32,000 nt of DNA from Caldimicrobium thiodismutans (GTDB lineage Bacteria; Desulfobacterota; Thermodesulfobacteria; Thermodesulfobacteriales; Thermodesulfobacteriaceae): NCBI RefSeq assembly GCF_001548275.1, contig NZ_AP014945.1, positions 1,770,001 to 1,802,000 of the forward strand, read 5' to 3'. Position 1 is the first letter of the stretch; each line of letters opens with the position of its first letter. The notes below the pieces were generated by a model. It had not been told where the DNA came from. It worked only from the letters and a program-made list of their open reading frames with translations, and ran no database searches. Positions 27,944 to 32,000 of the stretch are shown here, piece after piece. The position numbers were made by a program, and so were the translations under genes.

Positions 27944-29746
27944 TTAAGAGCCTTCTTTCTTTTTTTCCCAGCCTGGTAGAAGGTGAAGTTCAAGAATTTG
28001 CTCAATTCTAACCTCACTGGGAGCTCCTGTAAGAAGGCATTGTCCTCTTTGGGTTTTAGGAAAGGGTATAACCTCCCGAATGCTCTTTTTCCCAAGCATA
28101 AGCATGATAAGTCTATCTAAGCCAAAGGCAAGCCCTCCATGGGGTGGAGCGCCAAAATCTAAGGCCTGAAGGAGAAAGCCAAATTTCTCTTCTGCCTCTT
28201 CCTCAGAGATACCAAGAATTTTAAAGATTCTTTGCTGAAGATCCCTTCTGTGGATACGAATACTACCTCCTCCAATTTCAATACCATTTAACACAATATC
28301 ATAAGCCTTTGAGCGAACTTTTAAAGGATCTTTCTCTAAAAGTTCAAGGTCTTCTTCTTTGGGATGGGTAAAGGGGTGATGAACAGAGACTGGTCTTCCT
28401 TCTTCTTCACTGTATTCAAAAAGGGGAAAATCAACCACCCATGTGAATTTAAATTCCCTTTCTGGAATAAGGGAAAGTTTTTTAGCAAGATGATTTCTGA
28501 GTTCTCCAAGGATGGAATGGGTTAGTGATGGGGTGTCTGCTACAAAGAGGAGGGTTGCTTTCTCCTCTTCAAGCTCAAAAAGCAACTCCATTTTATTAAG
28601 AAGTGTGGGGTCAAAGAATTTGACAATAGGGGAGCTCCACTTTTCTTCAAAGGTAGTTCCTCTTTTGGTGTATTTTATCCAGGCAAGACCCTTAGCCCCA
28701 AGCTCCTGGGCAAAGGAAGTTAGTTCTTCAATTTCCTTTCTTGTGAAATGGGCCGGCACTTTTATACCCTTAACAAACCCCCCTTTTTCAAGAGCAGATC
28801 TAAAAACCTGAAATTGGGAGGCTTTAGCTATTTCGGAAACATCTTTAAGTTCAAGGCCAAAGCGTAGATCTGGGCGGTCAGTTCCATAAGTGGAGATAGC
28901 ATATTGATAACTTAAACGGGGAAAGGGGACAGAAAGACTAATTCCCATAGTCTTTTCAAAAAGATGAGAAATGAGTTCTTCCACAAGTTGCATAACATCT
29001 TCTTCTGTAACAAAACTCATCTCAAGATCAAGCTGGGTAAATTCTGGTTGACGGTCTGCTCTTAAATCTTCATCTCTAAAGCATCTAACTATTTGATAGT
29101 ATCTTTCAAAGCCTGCCACCATAAAAATTTGTTTAAAAAGTTGGGGAGATTGGGGAAGGGCATAAAATTTCCCAGGATAGAGTCTGCTTGGCACAAGATA
29201 ATCTCTTGCTCCCTCGGGGGTACTTTTGGTTAAATAGGGGGTTTCAAGTTCAAGAAATCCCCTTGCGTTTAAAAATTCTCTTAGGGCCTGATTAACTTTG
29301 TGCCTGAAAATAAAGGGCTCCTGACCATTTAGGGCCCTCATTTCAAGATAACGATATTTCAGTCTTATAGCCTCTGAAACCTCAGAAAGGTCTTCATCCA
29401 TAGGGAAAGGCGGTGTATGAGAGGTATTAAGGATTTCAAGATCTTTGGCTACAAGCTCCACTTCCCCTGTTGGAATCTTGGGATTTTCCATCCCAGGGGG
29501 TCTTCGTCTTAAAACTCCTTTCACTGTTATTACATATTCAATCCGTAGGGAATCCGCTAAGGCATGAACCTCTGGATCTATTCCCTCTTCAAAGACTACC
29601 TGTAGAAGTCCGGTTCTATCTCTTAAATCAAGAAAGATAACTCCCCCATGATCCCTTCTCCGCAAAATCCATCCAGAGACACTAAGTTCTTCTCCTATAA
29701 GCTTAGGGGTAATTTCACCAATCTGATGAGTTCTCTTCAGTCGCAT
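27944..29746 (-). CDS. aspS: Aspartate--tRNA ligase (bacterial type, class IIb)
   Basis: OB-fold N-terminus GWILRRRDHGGVIFLDLRD, motif 2 FRDEDLRADRQPEFTQLDLEMSF, motif 3 GGLAFGLDRLIMLM, the GAD insertion typical of bacterial AspRS. GGGAGGG SD before the ATG. Confidence 0.97.
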   Translation of the reverse strand: MRLKRTHQIGEITPKLIGEELSVSGWILRRRDHGGVIFLDLRDRTGLLQVVFEEGIDPEVHALADSLRIEYVITVKGVLRRRPPGMENPKIPTGEVELVAKDLEILNTSHTPPFPMDEDLSEVSEAIRLKYRYLEMRALNGQEPFIFRHKVNQALREFLNARGFLELETPYLTKSTPEGARDYLVPSRLYPGKFYALPQSPQLFKQIFMVAGFERYYQIVRCFRDEDLRADRQPEFTQLDLEMSFVTEEDVMQLVEELISHLFEKTMGISLSVPFPRLSYQYAISTYGTDRPDLRFGLELKDVSEIAKASQFQVFRSALEKGGFVKGIKVPAHFTRKEIEELTSFAQELGAKGLAWIKYTKRGTTFEEKWSSPIVKFFDPTLLNKMELLFELEEEKATLLFVADTPSLTHSILGELRNHLAKKLSLIPEREFKFTWVVDFPLFEYSEEEGRPVSVHHPFTHPKEEDLELLEKDPLKVRSKAYDIVLNGIEIGGGSIRIHRRDLQQRIFKILGISEEEAEEKFGFLLQALDFGAPPHGGLAFGLDRLIMLMLGKKSIREVIPFPKTQRGQCLLTGAPSEVRIEQILELHLLPGWEKKKEGS

Positions 29747-29880
29747 TTTCCCTCCCGGATCCCTTATTCAAAATCTAAAAACAGACTAATTCTATCAAAA
29801 AAATGGAAAAATTAAAGGATTCGAATTGTCTCATTAAAAATCTATTTGAAATTTTATCGTTGCCTCATATAAAAAGCCTC

Positions 29881-30081
29881 AGCTCCTCTCTTGAACCTTC
29901 ACGAAAAAACTATCTATTTCGCCCCTCTTAAATTTACAAGCTTAGTTCTTTCGCAAAGCTTATTTCAAAGGAAAGAGTGGGTGGAAAGGTAAATGAGCTT
30001 TGCAGAAAGATAAGGAGATATCAGAAAATGCTTGAGAGAGCAATTTAAAGAAAATGGAATTATTTTCGGGGAAAAAAATTG
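29881..30081 (+). repeat. Copy B of the ~200-nt dispersed intergenic element
   Basis: See copy A. Same orientation. Stem GCAAAGCT (29953-29960) / AGCTTTGC (29996-30003) is conserved. It lies in the 409-bp spacer between the mnmE stop and the aspS start. Confidence 0.8.
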
Positions 30082-30155
30082 ACCATAAAAAGGAGGGGAA
30101 GGTAAAATAATTTCCTTTAGAAAATTAAATGAGGCATTACGGATTTGAGGGTAGT

Positions 30156-31553
30156 TTATTTTCCAATGCAAAAACGAGAAAAGATTTCAGAGAGAAGATC
30201 TTCAGTAGTGATCTCACCTATAATTTCAGACAAATTTCCTATGGCTGACCTTAGTTCTATAGAGACAAGCTCAGGTAAAGGTTCCCTTTTTTGAAGTTCC
30301 TTAAGGGCATCTTCAAGGTGTCTTTTAGCCTTTTCAAGGGAAGTTTTTTGCCGAAGGTTTGGCATAACCTCAGAGACAGCTGTTGCCCTCTTTGACACTA
30401 TCTTTTCATATATTCTTTGGGTTAAAAGATCAAGATTAAGCTCTTTTTTTACAGAGATCTCAATAAGTTCCCCACCATATTTGAAGAAGGTTTTCCGCCA
30501 TTCCTCAAGATAATTGGGGATTAGATCAATCTTATTGAAAACTACTAAATGTGGATAGGCTTGAATTCGCTGGTATAAATGTTTTATCTCCATAGTAGGT
30601 TCTTCTGACACATCAACCAAAAAGAGAACAAGATCAGCTTCTTTTAATTTTTGAAAGGCCCTCTCAACACCAATTTTTTCAACAGGATCCTCTGTTTCCC
30701 TTAAGCCAGCGGTATCAATGAGTTTAACAGGAAGCCCCTGTAGATAGGCCTCTTCTTCTAAAAAGTCCCGTGTTGTTCCAGGGATTGGAGTTACAATAGC
30801 CCTTTCTTCTCTAAGTAAGGCATTCATAAGGGAAGATTTTCCTACATTTGGTTTCCCACATATGACAAGATTTATGCCTTCCCTATATATCTTTCCCTCC
30901 TCATAAGAATTTATCAATTTTTCTATTTCAGGAATTATTTCCCTTTTGATTAACTGGCTTAACTCCTGAGGGTTCATGATCTCAAGGTCTTCCTCTGGAA
31001 AATCAATGGCAGATTCCACTTGAGCCAGGGCGTATAAAAGTCTTTCTTTAAGGGTATTAATTTTTTCTGAAAGTCTTCCTGAGAGATTGTTTAAGGCGAG
31101 TTTCAGGGCCCTTTCACTTTTTGCGGAAATGATTTCTTCTATAGCCTCTGCTTGAGCAAGATCAATACGCCCATTTAAAAAAGCCCGTAAGGTAAATTCC
31201 CCTGGCTGAGCAGGTCTTGCCCCTTCTTTGAGGACAAGCTCAAGAATTTTTCTCAGATTAACATAGCCACTATGAGCATGTATCTCTACCACATCCTCTC
31301 GGGTATAACTGAAGGGAGCCTTCATGTAAACCACAAGAACTTCATCTACAGGTCTTTCAGTTTCAGGATCAATAATAAAACCATAATAAAACTTGTGTGA
31401 TTCAAAGGACAATCGAGGTTTAAAGGGTTTAAAGATTTTCCTAAGGATCTCTAAGGACTTTTCACCACTTATTTTAATAACGCCAATTGCCCCCCTGCCA
31501 GGCGGGGTGGCAATGGCGGAAATAGTGTCTTCAGTGTAAAAGCTACTCCTCAC
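30156..31553 (-). CDS. mnmE: tRNA uridine-5-carboxymethylaminomethyl modification GTPase MnmE
   Basis: N-terminal DTISAIATPPGRGAIGVIKISG. G1 GKPNVGKSS, G3 DTAGLR, G4 NKIDL. C-terminal CIGK motif. The GTG start abuts the jag stop. Confidence 0.95.
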   Translation of the reverse strand: MRSSFYTEDTISAIATPPGRGAIGVIKISGEKSLEILRKIFKPFKPRLSFESHKFYYGFIIDPETERPVDEVLVVYMKAPFSYTREDVVEIHAHSGYVNLRKILELVLKEGARPAQPGEFTLRAFLNGRIDLAQAEAIEEIISAKSERALKLALNNLSGRLSEKINTLKERLLYALAQVESAIDFPEEDLEIMNPQELSQLIKREIIPEIEKLINSYEEGKIYREGINLVICGKPNVGKSSLMNALLREERAIVTPIPGTTRDFLEEEAYLQGLPVKLIDTAGLRETEDPVEKIGVERAFQKLKEADLVLFLVDVSEEPTMEIKHLYQRIQAYPHLVVFNKIDLIPNYLEEWRKTFFKYGGELIEISVKKELNLDLLTQRIYEKIVSKRATAVSEVMPNLRQKTSLEKAKRHLEDALKELQKREPLPELVSIELRSAIGNLSEIIGEITTEDLLSEIFSRFCIGK

Positions 31554-32000
31554 TTAGGATTCTTTCCACCTCAAGATAATCCTTTTGCCCTTGCTATCCT
31601 CTTCAAGGGAAGAGGAAATTTCCGGGATATCTTTAAGCATATTAAGAACAAGCCTTTCCTCCCTTCTACTTCCAATGCGGATAACTCGCTCTCTTTTATC
31701 CTCCTTAATAAGCTCAACAGCCTTTTGAACCGCCCTAATTAATCTTTTTTCTTTTTCAAGATCCACTCCCCGGATCTTCAAGGTGATTTTCGGGCCTACT
31801 CCCAGGGATTTGGCTACCACCTTGTTTACTAAAAATTCAAGAGAAGTGAGAACCTCACCCCCATTTTGTAAGAGATATTTCACATCCTCTCCAGAAAGTT
31901 GAATCTCAACTTCTAAGGAATCTTTATGCAATTGAGTCTGGGTTTCAAGCTGGAAATCTGTGTTATAAAAGATCTCTTTTAAAAAGGCCAAAGCCCGATT
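31554..32000 (-). CDS. Jag/KhpB-like RNA-binding protein (KH + R3H-like region); the 5' end probably lies beyond the window
   Basis: Conserved jag-mnmE gene order. KH-like block GEDVKYLLQNGGEVLTSLEFLVNKV and an R3H-like tail ERVIRIGSRREERLVLNMLKD. The track start at 31991 is TTG, and the frame stays open to nt 32000, so an N-terminal Jag_N segment may lie outside the window. Confidence 0.65.
   Translation of the reverse strand, partial: NRALAFLKEIFYNTDFQLETQTQLHKDSLEVEIQLSGEDVKYLLQNGGEVLTSLEFLVNKVVAKSLGVGPKITLKIRGVDLEKEKRLIRAVQKAVELIKEDKRERVIRIGSRREERLVLNMLKDIPEISSSLEEDSKGKRIILRWKES

Noticed and set aside
29881-30081. T-box leader hypothesis for the repeat, because copy B lies next to aspS and contains GGGTGG
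   Set aside because: The GGGTGG motif is on the plus strand while aspS is on the minus strand. The other copy precedes a non-aaRS gene. The terminator in copy A is about 110 nt from the motif, too far for a T-box antiterminator. The rest of the T-box consensus (GGUGGUACCGCG) is absent.
29965-30171. 68-aa minus-strand ORF in the mnmE-aspS spacer
   Set aside because: It runs across repeat copy B and overlaps the mnmE 3' end by 16 nt. It has no SD, and the equivalent frame is not open in copy A. It is probably spurious.

Overview
This AT-rich window encodes Lys/Glu/Ile-rich proteins, which suggests a thermophilic bacterium, possibly Thermodesulfobacteriota- or Aquificota-like (low-confidence inference). 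It is densely packed with core housekeeping genes. Left to right: an NtrY-like sensor kinase (open to the left edge); a minus-strand translationally coupled operon TPR / Zn-ribbon-helical protein / TPR / polA / pseudouridine synthase; mltG; the operon NhaD-type transporter / tandem USP / rsmA; an isolated coiled-coil PD-(D/E)xK-like gene; a 680-bp ORF-free spacer; ppiD; carB; a ModE-like regulator convergent with a modABC-type molybdate/tungstate ABC transporter; then the long minus-strand run jag-mnmE, aspS, purA, and an acetyl-CoA-carboxylase-like cluster (accC-like, fused AccA-AccD carboxyltransferase, atypical two-domain BCCP-like protein, birA). I found no rRNA, tRNA, CRISPR array, transposase, integrase or recognisable defence/toxin cassette, and I cannot support a clear novel multi-gene system. 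The least explained signals are these: (1) a ~200-nt element present twice in direct orientation (12470-12672 and 29881-30081, with an 89-nt core differing at one base) in unrelated intergenic regions; (2) the ORF-free 12414-13092 spacer, which holds copy A, a bidirectional intrinsic terminator with no annotated gene to terminate, a 45-codon Cys-containing ORF and a GC-rich nested stem-loop, next to the orphan coiled-coil nuclease-like gene; (3) a BCCP-like protein made of two degenerate biotinyl-type domains inside a divergent ACC cluster; (4) a textbook-like ModE operator overlapping the mod promoter, paired with a ModE homologue that lacks Mop domains. All function calls come from motif recognition by eye. 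No database search was run.
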